Below are positions 24,401-38,300 of a stretch of 64,000 nucleotides of DNA, in pieces (the stretch's first letter is position 1; every line of letters starts with the position of its first letter). The notes under the pieces were generated by a model that was not told the DNA's origin, ran no database searches, and saw nothing but the letters and a program-made list of their open reading frames with translations. Both the position numbers and the translations under genes were made by a program. The DNA is from Phoronis australis (lineage: Eukaryota; Animalia; Phoronida): positions 64,851 through 128,850 of the forward strand of contig NMRA01000585.1 of NCBI GenBank assembly GCA_002633005.1, written 5' to 3'.

Positions 24401-27400
24401 GCATTTTTTGCTGTTTCTATTGTATGCTAAAAATCTGCTACTTCAACCTAACAGCACTAGCAGGTGTAACTATAATGAAAGTGATCTTTACTTTGATTTC
24501 ATTTTTTTTACTCAAGTTTTGTCTTTACTAATGGTTTGATGTAACTTACCAGATGTTGAAGTTAAAAGTTTGGAGGTTGAGACAAATCTTAGACTTAAGT
24601 CAAAAATGAACTTAAGCTGATTTTCTTGGAATGGGCTCCCCGATTGCAGGAAGCTCTGTCGATTTTGTAGCTGCTTTGTTTGTGTATGACAGTTGACCTT
24701 AATGATTGTCCTGATGTTGACAGGTGATTGAGATCACCAAGGAGCAGGCAGAGTGTGGTCAGATACTTCTGCTGACCAGTACTAAGGATGGACAGGCCAA
24801 CATTGTGTTTATGGACAGTCTGACTAAAACTGGCAATAGCAGTAGCAGTCAGGGCAACACAGTCAAAGGGTCAACCAAAGATGTGAGTATCTGGGTGAGG
24901 GTTTTCTGGGCTGATGTCATCGTCATAGTTTCTTCGTGAGAGACAGTCTGGCAAATGATTTCGGTACCCATTTGATCAAGACCTTTGTAAGAATGTTTAT
25001 TTGTGTCTTTCATGAATAATTTGGCTAAAAATGCATTCAGCCTTGCAAACTTCAACTCTGATAAGGTCTAACATTAGGGAACAACTCATGAACAACTGTT
25101 ACAGTGTATGGCTTAAAATCGTACTTTAACAAAACATGTTTTAAACTTTTAAAAAAGAAAGTTTACTGCTCATTCTCCAATGTGTGGTATATGTTCACTC
25201 ACTGGAATGTCTCTGCGATTCCAGATTTTGTCTGTCACCGTGGGTATTGACAAAGAGACTCAGCAGAAATGCACCACCTACAAGTGTCGCCTCTGTGACT
25301 ACAGTACGGACAGGAAGTCGAACTTCTACAAACACAAGGTCACTCACACAGGTAATAAGTTTGTCCCATTAGTGACATGGAGATATTGGTACTTTCACTG
25401 ACAGATTTTAATTCTCCATAGATGTAATAATTAATGGAAGTTAGTCTCATGTAATCCTCTTGACAGTAATAGCAATATAATTATATGCCACATTCGAAGG
25501 TATGTTTTGTATTGTGAACCCAAATGACATGTGTCAATAGGGAACACCTCTTTAGCATTCAGAGAGCACAAAAACATCTTTTGCGCGACCCAATTTCTTA
25601 TTTCGGTGTTCAGTAGAGGCAGAATTGACCAGGACAAAATAACATTTCTTTCATTTTCGACTGTGGCGATTTGATAGCATGAGGCTAGTGGAAAAATTTA
25701 TAAGAAGCAATGAGAAATCTCACAGCTGCATTAAATCTGTCTGAGTTAAATCTCTGCAAAACACAGTGTACTGTCCTCCAACTACTGTATTGCTATCTAG
25801 GGACAAGGCATGTTGATATGTCATTGCCAATATGACTGGTACTATTTTGCGATTGTCTCATGTGTTAATTTTACGGCAATGTCTTTGGGTTTTGGGGCTA
25901 TAAACATTTATCACAATGTGAATGGTTCATTCTAAAGCCCTTCGGCTTTTCCTAGGACTACATAAGTATGCAGCCAATGCATGATCCGTGTATGGATTCG
26001 TTTAATTGTGATTGATGAAAAGAGAATTGCAAAACATTTACTTTTTTTGATTATAGTACTAGTAAAGTAACTGGAGCTCATCTATCAAAGATATATTATC
26101 ATAGCTTCAAACGAATATTTTGGTAATTTGTGTTTTGAAAAAGATGAAAGGGTGTGGAGTGACTTGGTCGACTCGAAACCTAAATTATGTTTTTATTTAA
26201 GACTTTCAAGATTGGATATTGTATTGAAAACTGTGTATTAATTTTGTTCCTGCTACATTGAGATTTGTGTCAGCACAGCTGTGCTTAGGAATTTTGCCAT
26301 TAGAGGTGGAATTAAGGAGGTTTTCCATTAAATGAATGATTACATATTAAAATTATGCAACCAAAATTTAATTGGAAACGAAATGCATTTTATTTTCATT
26401 TGCACCACCGTTAGTTCAGGAACGGAGTGTCCAAATGGATGCTCCCTTCTAGACTTGTTTCTGAATTATCCGGAAGCTCTTGCAGGGTTTTTAATTAGAG
26501 CACTAGTTTGTCACAGGAATTGATAATATTGTGTGTAACCATTTGGGTGTTAGTTGGTAAACGCTGGGGATGTTTTGCATGTAAAGTTTCTTTGTTTTTG
26601 TATTGTATTCTACAACACATCCATAAATCTCAGAAATAGGTGGTGAAAAAAGGTCAAGTTAACACTAAACACTTAATCATTATACTTGGTCGGAATGGAC
26701 CTTCTGGGGGTTATTTGTGGCTTAATAATAAAGTTCATTCTTATTTTATTTTATTTTATTTTAAGTTGGCCTTTTTGGAACCACCAATGCAGCATTCAAT
26801 ATATAAGTTTAAGATATAAAGCGTGAACCAATATTTTCTTCATCATTCTAGTGGAGAAGAAGTATAAATGTACATACGACAATTGTACGTACGAAGCCAA
26901 GAGTAGGAGCAACCTCAAACGACACTTACTGATTCATGAAAACGCACGTAACTATGAGTGCCCACTATGTGACCTCAAGTTCAGGCAGAAAATCCATGTA
27001 GAGCGACACATAAAATACATTCACCAGGTAAGCACGCATCTCATGTAGTGTTACAATTTTAAATCCCTTTATTGTCAATTAGTTGAACTTGTTGAGGTCT
27101 GTGACTAGGGCTGAGTTCCAGAGTCGCTAGACACTAGGGAAAATGCAACGTCATGCAGACCCTTGGGACATATCTTCAAGGGTTACAAGCTAAGCATGTG
27201 ATCACACCAGTGTTAGCTAGTGTTTTGTGTCTATGAAACACAGCCCTGGTTATTGCTTATGGTGAACAGGTGGAGGGTCCTTTCATTTGAAATTGAAAGA
27301 TGCTAATTTTTGAGACCAAAGTTTGAAATATGCATCTTTGTGCTGCTACATACCTGTCTTAGTTTCTCCTTATCAGTAACTGAAGCACAAACACATTTTT

Positions 27401-30400
27401 GGTTTTCGTAATAAACCCTCTCTTTATATTCTGTGGCACATTTCAATTTTTCTTGACAGTGACTCACCACTTGGGAATATCATTTTGCTAGGAAGATTCT
27501 TGAACCACCCCTTACTGAATTTAGATTAAAATGAGTGGATAAACTATTTCATCTTTGATGTTTCGTGGTGATTTGTTTTCAGGAGAAGACCGTCAAGTGT
27601 CCCCACTGTAAATATACGTGTGCCAATGAGAACCCTGATCTCAAGTTGCACATCCAGCGTAAGCACCAGCCTCGTCCAACTGCAGCCTCTGAGGGCATCA
27701 ACTGCCAACTGTGTGACTTTGTTGCTGCCTCTAAGAAGGACTTGCGTCAACACCTCAAGTTCCATCGTCGCGGGCCCGAGGTGAAGCTCTACTGCGAGCT
27801 GTGCTCATTCGTCACCGACTGCAAGAGTCGACTGAAACGCCATGTTTACACGCATACTCAGGAGAAGCCATTCTCATGCAGCATGTGCTCGTACACTGCG
27901 ACGCAGAAGGAACATATTATGCGACATATGAGGAGTAAGCACAAGGTGGACCTTCCCCAGGGCATGAGGCGGCCACGACGGGTGGACCTGGAGTCGGCAG
28001 AATTATTCGTCAGCAACGACCACGCCAAGATTTTTGCGTGCAACTTTTGCACGATGAAGTTTGAGAAGGTGCTTAACCTGTACAAACACCTGCATCAACA
28101 GCACGCTGATGCCATGCCACAGAGTAGGGCGGACATCTTCTCGTGCGTGGTGTGCGACTACGCAACGAATCGTAAGAATAACTTGCTGGTTCACATGAGG
28201 AAACACAACTTGCCTTCCCCTGATGATGATGATCGTGGCTACCCAGCAGGTCTGTTATTTCAAGAACTGTCTTGCTGTAATCATTACTCTGCACAAAATG
28301 ACTTCAAGTTGATACCAATAGCCCATATTTTGTTTGGATTAGACTATGTATTTTTTTCAGTTTACAAAAATTTTAAGTATGCTTTGATTTTTGTAGATTA
28401 ACTAATTAAACATAATTGTATAGCTGTAATTTAACACTATGTCTTGTTGCTCTACAAGCCAGGAAAGGGCTGAGATTTCATACTGGGTGCGTGTTATCCA
28501 GTTTGTCATCTTCACATTAATTACATGATCTTGAAAGATTAGGCTTCTGAGCATTCAAAATTTACTCAGCCAAGTTTTGGTAGGATGGTTATGCTTTCTT
28601 TGACTTAACTAAAGCTTTCTACATTCTACATCAGGTCAAGTGTACTCGTGTGTGCTGTGTAACTATGTGAATCCTAAGCGGAGAAACCTGTATATGCATA
28701 TGAAGAAGAAGCATAAAATCTCCATCATGGTGCGTAGAGATGGCTCAGCCAATTGCATTGTAGAGGAGAATTCTGCTGTTACGATTGTAACAAAGGATAA
28801 GGAAGAGGTAGAAGAGGTGTCAAACATCAGTGATCCGGCACCTCACATTCAACAGGTAAACCTTTCCTTTCTGACAGATAAAAGTTGCCAAGAATTCTTG
28901 TACCTCTATGGTATGTATGTTATGTGACGGAAAATTATTAATTATAGTACTCTTTACATTGAGCCAAAACTAAAAACACTGTTACATTGGGCATTTGCTG
29001 GGTGTGTGGTCAAGGTACATTTTGTTCCTCTTTCTTGTGTGCATTTTTGTCAACTGTAAACAAAATCATTGCCTGGCCACATTACTTTTTGGATGTAAAT
29101 GCTTTTTGATAGTGTGATCTGTCTGGAGGTCTCAGTGAACTCTGACCTCTGTTACAGGTGTCAGCAGTGGTAACTGACAATGATGGCGACACAAGATATG
29201 TTGACATCACAGAGCTGACTAGTTCTCTGACTACAAGGAAAGACATCAATGTAAGATTTTGGAGCAGGGTTGGCAGGGGCACTCCTTTTTGCAAAGGCTT
29301 GCGGATAGACATGGTTGCCTGTTGAGTGGAAATTCTACACCTTCCTACACATTACTATAAAAACATTTTGGTGTAGTAACTTCTAGAAAGAACCTTGACA
29401 GGTGCTCTTGATTTTTCAATCACTCAATACACTTGTTGCAGTTTCTTTCTCAGTTTGGAGTGAAGCACTTGAAATGTTTGGCACTAGCCATCTGACTGAA
29501 TGCTTGTCAGCATTCTGTTATGATACACCCCAGAATTCTTTAATTATAAGAAATACCATAGATTGCCTTATAATAAGCATAATACGCAAGATTTTTTAGA
29601 CATGCACCAGCCACTCAAAAGGATGCCAAGTGATTGGTGAATGTTCCACATCTTTCTGTTGTGAACTTAACATGCTGCGTTAAACAATAAAATACACTAC
29701 TCATTCCTGAGGCCAGACATTGAGCTGTTCAATGTTACCTCCATGTGTGTATTCCTGTTGTCTTAACTATCATCTGGGGGAGGTCATTTCATGCCAAGTC
29801 AAACCAATTGTCCTTGGCCCAGTGTAACATGCTTCAACTTCCTGCAGGCTCCACCAGCTGTCGCTGCTGAAGTACAAGTCCAGCACGATGCGGCGGACGC
29901 CATTGAAGGACTGCAGGCCCTCTCTGAGTACAAAGGAGCCATTGTCCCTACAGGTTGGTCGATAATTTGTAGTTCGACTAAAAGGTTTCAAGAGTGAGGA
30001 AATTAGTGAATTTCACAAGTTGCTCGATGTACCTTGTTAAAGTTTGGCGAAAATGCCTGTTGAGCAGTGAGGTTCTGGAACATGTCCACTGCAGCCAACA
30101 GGAAGCACTATTTGCTGATATGTTACAGATGTTCTAAAGAAGGTCACTGTGAGTTGCCTCTCTTGCTGAACTGGACTTTTGCTGCGAGTGATTGCTCCAT
30201 GTGACTATTTCCATTCTAAACCCCTGGTTGCCACTTGGCATATGTACATTTCGTAATCAAACTGTTAAAAATTGCAGCTTTTCTACAACTTCATGAACAG
30301 GTCAAACAGAAGTGAAGGTGTCTGCTAAAATAGTGCAAATCAATAATCATATGGTGTTTTCTACCTTCTTGTTCTTAATCGGTGGCTGTTTTGGCTTTAC

Positions 30401-33400
30401 AGATTAAACTGAAATGCAAGAATTTCAGCAAACTTCTTTTAGATATTTAAAAGCTTTAACTTCGTGGAGTAAGATCAAGGCATTCATTGCTCATTTCAAA
30501 ATTTATGTACGGAAGTAACCTCTGTTTAGATTGAAGTCGATGTTCAGTTTATTTTGAGACTTACCATATTACTGTTTTGTGGTAATTACTGAATTTTTTG
30601 TTCCAAGTGTAGGTGTTCAGTTATATTGGCAACCCAGATGGAATGTCTGCTGTTGGACATCCAGTGGTATGCTTTCTATGTGCCCACAAAAATGGTGTCG
30701 CATAGTCGGCATACCATCTGTCATTTTCTTTGCTTGTCCGTTGATTATCTTGAAATCCACAACACGGATCATGATGACATTCAACGCAGAGTTATTTGTC
30801 GGCATTAGTTAATTTTTGGACAACTTGACACTGTAATAACTGATGAGATTGATGCAAATCCCTTCTTAGACAAAGCCAACTGCCTTAGCACCCCCTGGTG
30901 GCAATTTTATTTTTTTTCTTAAAGGAGAATGTCACCCCCAAAAAAACTATTTTGTATCAATTTAGATCAAGTAGTTGTACTCAATAACGGCACGTTCGAT
31001 TGCGTTACCTGACACCTGACGGCAGACGGAGGTGTTGAAATTATCCAATGACGTAATTGGTTTCACACTCAGTCTGTTCAGCAGTTCACAACACGGGTTT
31101 GCGGTGTTAACTTATCGCTTGAATTCATCGTTTAGCACCAATAAATCATCAAACTTTGATGATAAACCCTTAAAAATACGCTGAGTTCTTTTAAAAATGT
31201 GTTGTTTTATTTCAATGTTACGGATTTACTGGTGTTTGGACACACCGTAGCCTACAAAGTTTGGCAAGCCAATTTACCAAGGTACGTAGCAGGAGTTTGG
31301 GGTCTGTTCGGAGATAAATTCGAAGTATTCTTTCATGAAATGCAGACAGGAGAACCTAGATCTGTGTTGTTTATACTTGTGATTTTTTGAGTTCTAAACA
31401 CACAAAACGCTTATCCCTGCCACTCCATGTAGTGGCTCGGAACGATATCTGGCAAGTCGCGCCAGCCGGACTGACTCTTTATCCCAGCCAGTGGCTCGGA
31501 ACCTGATCAGGCCGCCGGGACTGGCACGAACATAAACCAGCTTGAGTTAGAAACTGAACCTTCAGTCACTAGACTATAATAATGAGCCAAAGAAATAATG
31601 TGCACGTAATTATTCATGTGAATTAGCCACGAAACTGAAAATCAATCTACTTACTTGTTGGGGGCTGCGAAGTCGGGTGCCTCTTCCACAGACCGTCAGG
31701 GCAAAGGTTGTACAGCAACAATGATTTGAATAATGTATTTGTAATTCTAAATAAAGATTCCCCTAACATGTGACAATAGCATATAAAATCGAGTAATTGT
31801 TTCACAACAGCTTTCTGTCAGCAAACACTGAATGCATTCACTCACACGGCCTCGGTGCCCAGCCAATGACCTTTGTTGCCGGCATCTAAAGCCGGTAACG
31901 CAGTGGTTTATTCATTGCTGGCTTCTCAAAACATTTGCACTCATACTCCAATTCATTATACATTGTATCTAATGAGACAGACTTTGTTTCAGTTTGATAT
32001 AAGCATTGGTTAGGATCATTTTAGGATAAGAATAATTCATTTTGAAACAGAACGCAGAATAATAAACGTCTACATGGCAACTCGCCCGGCGCCAATCCCG
32101 TCAAGAGCTTATCTGACGAAGACTTCACGGGTCGAATCGTGAGGTTTCACAGGCTATCAGTTTGAACCGGAATACACTGATCGTGAAATACTAGAGAGGC
32201 GCTGTGAACACGCATAGGCAATGTATGGATAGTTCTTTGGTAAGCCGGAATTCGTCAGAGAAATCACTGTCGATGAAATGCCGGCCACAGACAAGGAGAT
32301 GTTTCACGACCTCATACTTGCTATTAACAGCATACCTTTCATTCTTCACTACCGTGAGCCACTTCCTAAGCATTTCGGGCTCTTGAGGAAGTCGAAAAAA
32401 CGATATACCCGCTTTCTTCGCAGCTTCATAGTTCGGACAAGCGTGAACCGATGCACCGCAATATAGTGACATTCACTCTGCAGACGAACCACTGACGTCG
32501 CTGCATCGCTTCTAACCTTCCTCACAGGTTAACGCGACACCTCTCGGCAAGGTGAGGTCGACCGTATAAGAGGGGATGTGGATATAGACCGATTAAGATG
32601 GTAAAAAAACTAATTAAATCGGGTGGCATTCTCCTTTAATTGGTCTGATGACATAATGGCATCTTAGATTTTTTGAAAAATTGAGATTAGGGTTGATGGC
32701 CAATTGGTTTTTTGGACAGATTTGACTATCCCTGCACCCCTTGTGGACTGATATAGATTTTAACAAAATGCTGCTTGCCTGTCAGTTCTTGTCTAAACCG
32801 TTTGACTGATTTTGAGGAAACTTGACACAGATATATGACAACGCTGCACCAGCACTAGTCAATTTTGTGCAGGCTTAACTACAGTGTGACGCCTTGTTGG
32901 CCATTTTAGTTTTTGAATAGATACTGCTTGTCTGTTGCTTGTTGTAAAAACAAAATGAGATTTTGATGAAACTTGATATTAGATTTTATGGCTGGGATGT
33001 GCTGCATCAGGTAATTAATTGTACAAATTGGGCAGCTGTAGCACCCCCTTGTTCTTGATACAAGCTATTCGGTGTCTGTTGATTGTTATCAAATTGGCTC
33101 AACTCATTTTTGATGAACCTTGACAGAGGTGTAAGGCTGGACTGCATCATCATCAGTCAATTTTCAACTTTGATATCTTAGTGTGGCTAAATTCGTTGGA
33201 GTCTTACTGTTTGCTGTGCAGTCATGGCTGCTTTTGTTTTCGGTCTTATAATTTCATGTTTTTATGCACATTTATAATGGAATTCAGTGTATGTTGTTGA
33301 ATATATCGTAGTGGTTAATTAATTTGCTTTCTCCATACACATCCGTAAATTCTTGTAAACAAGACACAAGGTTATTTCCCCGTTTCATAATTCTAGATTG

Positions 33401-33836
33401 TCACATTGATGTGTGCAAATTATTTTACATCCATTGTAATTCTCCAGTTCTTAACAACTATAAACATTAAAAAATTCTGCTTCATTCATAACATGTGCAT
33501 CTATCGTAAAACATTTCATTCATGTTATTGACCTAGCTTGTCTAATCTTAGAAATTTTGAAAAATGAGGATTTTGACAATGCCTTTGCGCAAGATAACTG
33601 ATAAATAATTCCTATGTTGTGTATTGTGACAACTGTGCAGAAAACTTGCAATATGTTTTCCAGAGGTAACCACCGAGCCGGTGGCAACGGTTACCCCGGT
33701 GATAACCTCGGAGGAGTCGGCAGCTCGACCGGGCAACTTTCAGCTGTCTCAGGAGCAACTTACTCACCTGTCCTCGGGAGACTATGTCGAAATTAACGGT
33801 GAAATGTACAAGGTGGAGTTCTCTGAGAACACGTGA
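18434..33836 (+). CDS. Multi-C2H2 zinc-finger protein (10 fingers, long low-complexity N-terminus), about 1010 aa, 13 coding exons
   Basis: Exons 18434-18557, 19077-19193, 19893-19953, 21312-22182, 23645-23782, 24724-24882, 25225-25351, 26852-27027, 27583-28249, 28635-28855, 29158-29250, 29848-29953, 33664-33836 are GT-AG and phase-consistent (3033 nt). Fingers CRLC, CTYDNC, CPLC, CPHC, CQLC, CELC, CSMC, CNFC, CVVC, CVLC, each with a His pair; basic NLS-like motifs near the N-terminus. Confidence 0.88.
23281..23347. repeat. 22-bp minisatellite (about 3 copies) inside a dispersed repeat remnant also seen near 20960-21070
   Basis: TAAACTGGGTCAGGATCCTTCC-like unit three times; flanks CCAC.TGATGCCAGCT and TTCAAAAATGAGT are shared with about 20985-21030. 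Confidence 0.65.
23980..24355. mobile_element. P-superfamily-like MITE with 7-bp TSD
   Basis: TIRs CATAGATTATA...CAACTCCG / CGGAGTTG...TATAGTCTATG; direct repeat GTCAGAG at 23973-23979 and 24356-24362. Confidence 0.75.
27107..27248. mobile_element. Possible small degenerate MITE (PIF/Harbinger-like ends)
   Basis: Imperfect inverted ends AGGGCTGAGTTCCA / TGAAACACAGCCCT; no clear TSD. Confidence 0.35.
30923..32635 (-). mobile_element. Kolobok-like DNA transposon derivative (1.7 kb) carrying a THAP ORF
   Basis: TTAA on both sides (30919-30922, 32636-32639); TIRs AGGAGAATGTCACCC / GGGTGGCATTCTCCT (14/15 match); purine-purine terminus; THAP ORF reads inward from the right end. Confidence 0.85.
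32191..32472 (-). CDS. THAP zinc-finger domain, N-terminal remnant of a transposase (93 aa)
   Basis: C2CH signature YC...AC.N...SFFRLP...W...LLVCGRHF..SDF with an ATG start; no DDE catalytic domain follows, so it may be a pseudogene. Confidence 0.7.
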   Translation of the reverse strand: MSLYCGASVHACPNYEAAKKAGISFFRLPQEPEMLRKWLTVVKNERYAVNSKYEVVKHLLVCGRHFIDSDFSDEFRLTKELSIHCLCVFTAPL

Positions 33837-35305
33837 TGGAAAGAAGGTCCTGTAGAAGTCCTGGAGGTATAAAATGGGGCAAAAAATTCACCTGATGAAA
33901 ATGCAAATTAATGTGTGCATACCTGGCTGCTGAAAATTGTTTAATTTGGAAATGTAGGTAATTGGTCACTAGAAAAGTACGTTTATTCTTGCAAAGAGTT
34001 GTTCTTGATTTAGTTTCACTTACAAAATTGCATGTAGACAAAAGCCTAAACAAGTTGCACGTACGTGATGTGTTGACGTAGTAAAGATAGTCACTTCACT
34101 TGCTGAGGTGTTTTGTGCAATTTATTGTTCTGCGGTCGCTGATGGAGACCAAGTATAAAGACATTTGCTAAGGTTGTGAACATTGCTTTATGCTTATCGT
34201 AGGTTACTTTAGGTAAGATGCCAGTGATGTGAGTAGGTTTAAATTTATTGACTGTAAACTTGTTCTATGGAGTGAGTCATATTTAGATTGCAGTTTTACG
34301 CTCAGCTTATGTTTAGACGTATTCCAGTAGGTACTAGCCGATTCCAATGTCATCTTACACTGGATTCTTAGTAAAAATGACTTCAAGTTACTACCAGTAA
34401 GTAACCAACATGGGCCTTCTCAGCAAAGTCACAGAATGATAAGACTTGGCAAAATCAACTTTTCATACCACGTTGATAGCACTTAGCAAAGCCTTTTTAA
34501 ATGCTAAAGTTGCAATGGGCTAGTCAACTTAGTACACCTTTGAAATGAGGTTATGTTTTGTTGAATATGTTCCATCTATGCTTACCTGCCCAAATTGATT
34601 GTCTATTCAAGGAGCGGCAGTCTGATCTTTATCATTCACTACATTAGTTTATACAATAACTGTCCAATGCTCATGACAGTAACAGGGTAATAATTTGTTG
34701 GTAAGGCTTTAAAAACGTAGTTGGTTCTGGTCTTTTTTTGAAAAGCGAGTCGGTGATGCAGTATTTTTAGTTTTAAAAGAAAATTACCTGGGATGAGCAA
34801 AAAGTAAGCCAGATTTTTTGTTGCTTGACAAATCGTGGCATTTTAAACCTTGCTCACATACAAACCTTGGCTGAAATTGATTTGCGCAGATGTTCTTTTG
34901 TTTTCTCTGCATCACAACCAATGGCAAAAACTATCTGGTGCATGCAGTGTCGTGTACACAATGTGCTTACAACTGTTACGGCTGGGTGTACAAGCTTCGG
35001 GCGGCTTTTATGTATTGGCATTTTTGGTTAGTCTTTCACAAATAAATGTTAGACATGTTGGAGTGGACAAATTTTGGGAGTAGTTCAAATAATAGGGAAT
35101 TTCCATCAGTTGATTATATGCTCCGGTATCTAGGTCACATCATTGACCAAAAGGATTGTCAGTACTTGTCAAAATTTGCCGTCAGCTTCACGAAACATGT
35201 AGCCATAGTTCCTCAATGTCAAGAGCTTGTGGGATGAATTCCAAGTAATGGTTATTTTGTCACACTGCTATTGGTTGTTGTACTTGGTTTGTAGAATGTG
35301 TGTAT

Positions 35306-35350
35306 TATATATATACATACATACATACAAACATATATATATGTATATAA
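35306..35350. repeat. (TA)n/(TACA)n microsatellite
   Basis: TATATATATACATACATACATACAAACATATATAT. Confidence 0.8.
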
Positions 35351-38300
35351 ATTTGTCAATGCAGACAGCTCTGAACATGTTGACTTGTATTCGTTTGGGT
35401 ATCAAACACTGAACAGTGTAGGCACTGGCAGGTTTATTGGACACAGCTCTGGAAGTGACCATTCTTGGAACACGATTGTGTGCAGATTTTTGGAAGAGCA
35501 TTGTTAAAACTGTTAAAGTGATTATTTTGTAAATAACTTGTCACATAACAAAAACTTCAGTCGTTATACATTGAGCATTTATTTTCATAAAGTTGAGAAT
35601 AGACTCTACGATTTATTCATGATACGATCAAACAATGATTGCAATGAGCTGTTCACACACTAACCAGACACAAGCACAAACACCATTCTCTACTATAAAA
35701 ATATACACAGAGAGTGAGTTATGAACACCATTTTAACATTTAACTCCTGCCATGTTTAGAACAATTTCATCCAATGCCTCTGACAAATGGGTGACTCAAT
35801 ATTCACCAGGTGATGCAAACTGGCTCTCGTTTATTGATCAGAATTGATTGAGAACAGAAGACTTTCATGGGACAAGAGTGCCACATTACTTCAGTGTGTA
35901 AGTTTCTACACGCAAGACTTGTTTTACACGCATCGCCTAGAGAGATCCTCATTATACTAAAAAGTCAGAAGCACTTGTCTGATACAGGAACCAAAGCTAT
36001 TAGCAGCTTGACAACAAGATCTCTTGTACACCTGAAAATGCATCCAATTAAACCCTCGTACTGATATATTGCCACTTGATAAATCAAGTGGATTAACAAC
36101 AACAACGGTTGTTTATGTCAGTTTCTGACTAGATCAGAATATACCAAGTAACTCTACCAAGCAATTATTAAACCTTGTTGGAGCGAAAGCGAAATGATTC
36201 CGAAAGGTACATAGTCTGGTAGATTTGGAATATGAAAACTGAATACCTTACTGCGCAATGTATTTGAAACAAAATAACCACGACAAAAAGAAACTTTCAT
36301 CAAAATCTCGTCTGGAATGTTAGAAGTCCAACATTCCTACGGAAACCCAACAATAAGGGTAGGGATTGACAATCACCTCAAATAGGTCTCAGCACCAAGA
36401 AAGTGCCCTTGCAACTCCCGATAACCCAGAGTATATGACAAGAAACCACCAATAACTAATCGAACCCTTTGTACAAAATGACAACACTACAGCAGAGAGA
36501 ATAATTATGAGGTTTTTGCAAAATTACATGTGCATGTTCGAGTAGACGGGAATGTCTCTTCAAGTGTAGCAAACTACGTCAACAAAGGTGATTTTATGAT
36601 CATATTCATAAAACCACCATAGGACATTGAAATACTTTCAACACAGACAAAGTAGAGAATCCAAGTTAAATACAATTCTAAACGGGACCCAATACAACAT
36701 ATGGTTACTAAAAACTAGCAACCAATAGCTTACGTCCACCTGTTTTAAACTGAAATTGACATACAAAACTTGGAACAGCAACAGCACAAGTAAAAACCGA
36801 ATATCTGAAAATTTGCAAACACCAAATCGTGATATTTGTCAAGGTTTCGACAGAACAGGCTATTGATTGTTCTTGGCAGAACGTATTGACAATTTGCATT
36901 TAAGTCTAATTCAAACCACCTTCAGCATAAGTATAAATGAAGTCAATTGTCATGTCCAACAAGAACATCACGATGTCTGCAGATTTTCACCAGCATAAAG
37001 TCTGCATCATTCAATGCAAAACACAAGAGCAAAATATACATATCATCGTGACAGAAACCCAAATCAACATTATAATCTTCATGACAAACCACTATGAAGC
37101 AATCCCAGACACTTTCACATACAAAAAGAGGTAATAGTCGAATATAACGTGCCCGCATTTTGAGAACCAGTTTTCTCCACTGAAAACAGGCATCAAACTG
37201 GTCTCAATGTGAGGGCACGTTATATCTTGACTATTGCCTAAAAAGAAGCAGTCATTTACGTCAATCAGGTAAAAACACATGTGCCCAGGAACAAAGATTC
37301 TTAAATTACAACAGTTTGAACGTCAAGCAACAGTATAAGAACAAATAATTACGATATAAATTTGTTTATAAACACAAGGTGTTATCATAAAAACAAAATT
37401 AAAATGTGACAATAAATTAACACACTGACTTCATATCATAATTCAGATGCCTGGAGTAACTTGGGAGAAGAGAAAGTGAAGTATTTCTTCACGAGACAAG
37501 TGAGTTTTAGCAAACTTCCACAAAGATGTGCATGAAAACAAGATGAGCTCCATCATTAAAGGCACCCAGGTAAAACCACTTGAGCAGATCAAATGTTCAC
37601 CGGCTGACCCTCCCTGCTATATGTCCAAGCCAGTTCCTATGAAGTATTCATGCACAGGAGCAAGACTACCTCACGACTTGATGTATTTGTATGAACTGAG
37701 AACAAGTGATTGAGTTACGAACCGAGGACAAATCAAATTGACCATGGCTAGAAATACCAATTATTTATTGATGCCACCCACACGTGGGGCATGTTCACTA
37801 ATGCTGGTCAAACGCCACACCTTTCGTCAAGAAATCTTAGCCTGGGCAACAGATACAGTGAAATAGCGTGATTTTCTCACATAAACTAATGGGATGCCAC
37901 TGCTCAATTATTTATCGTGGCAGACATTTTATTAGCATGTGCTAGTAAGATCATGAGGTCAATCGCGGAGCCATAACAAGATCTTGCTTTTCATGAACGT
38001 GACCTTGCGTAATCTTGCCAATCTGGCAAGATACCAGCCTTAGAGAATGGAGAAGAGAACACAATCCAATGACTGGCTTCAGTATCACAGATCACCTACA
38101 AGTTGCAGTATTCTAGGCTCAGTTTTTAACCCGATCATGGTGTTTACTGGCTGGCCCTTAATTTTTGCTAAAAAGTGGCCAATGAATTGTTTCTCCATTC
38201 TTTCAAGCCACGAAAACTACAGCAGCAACTGCCTATGATAAAACCTGTCATCGGTTTGTCAGTGTTCCTATAACACCAAAAAACAAGGTGTGAAGCTAAA

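Larger units (their letters stand above)
30677..33238 (+). mobile_element. Second, older HINE-like element in the last intron of the zinc-finger gene, split by a Kolobok-like insertion
   Basis: 5' end TATGTGCCCAC..GGTGTCGCATA resembles the 5' end of the 15524-16861 element; degenerate repeats of about 150 bp with GCACCCC(C)T.GTGG motifs; 3' hairpin GCAGTC-AT-GGCTGC then TTTTGTT. Confidence 0.6.
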
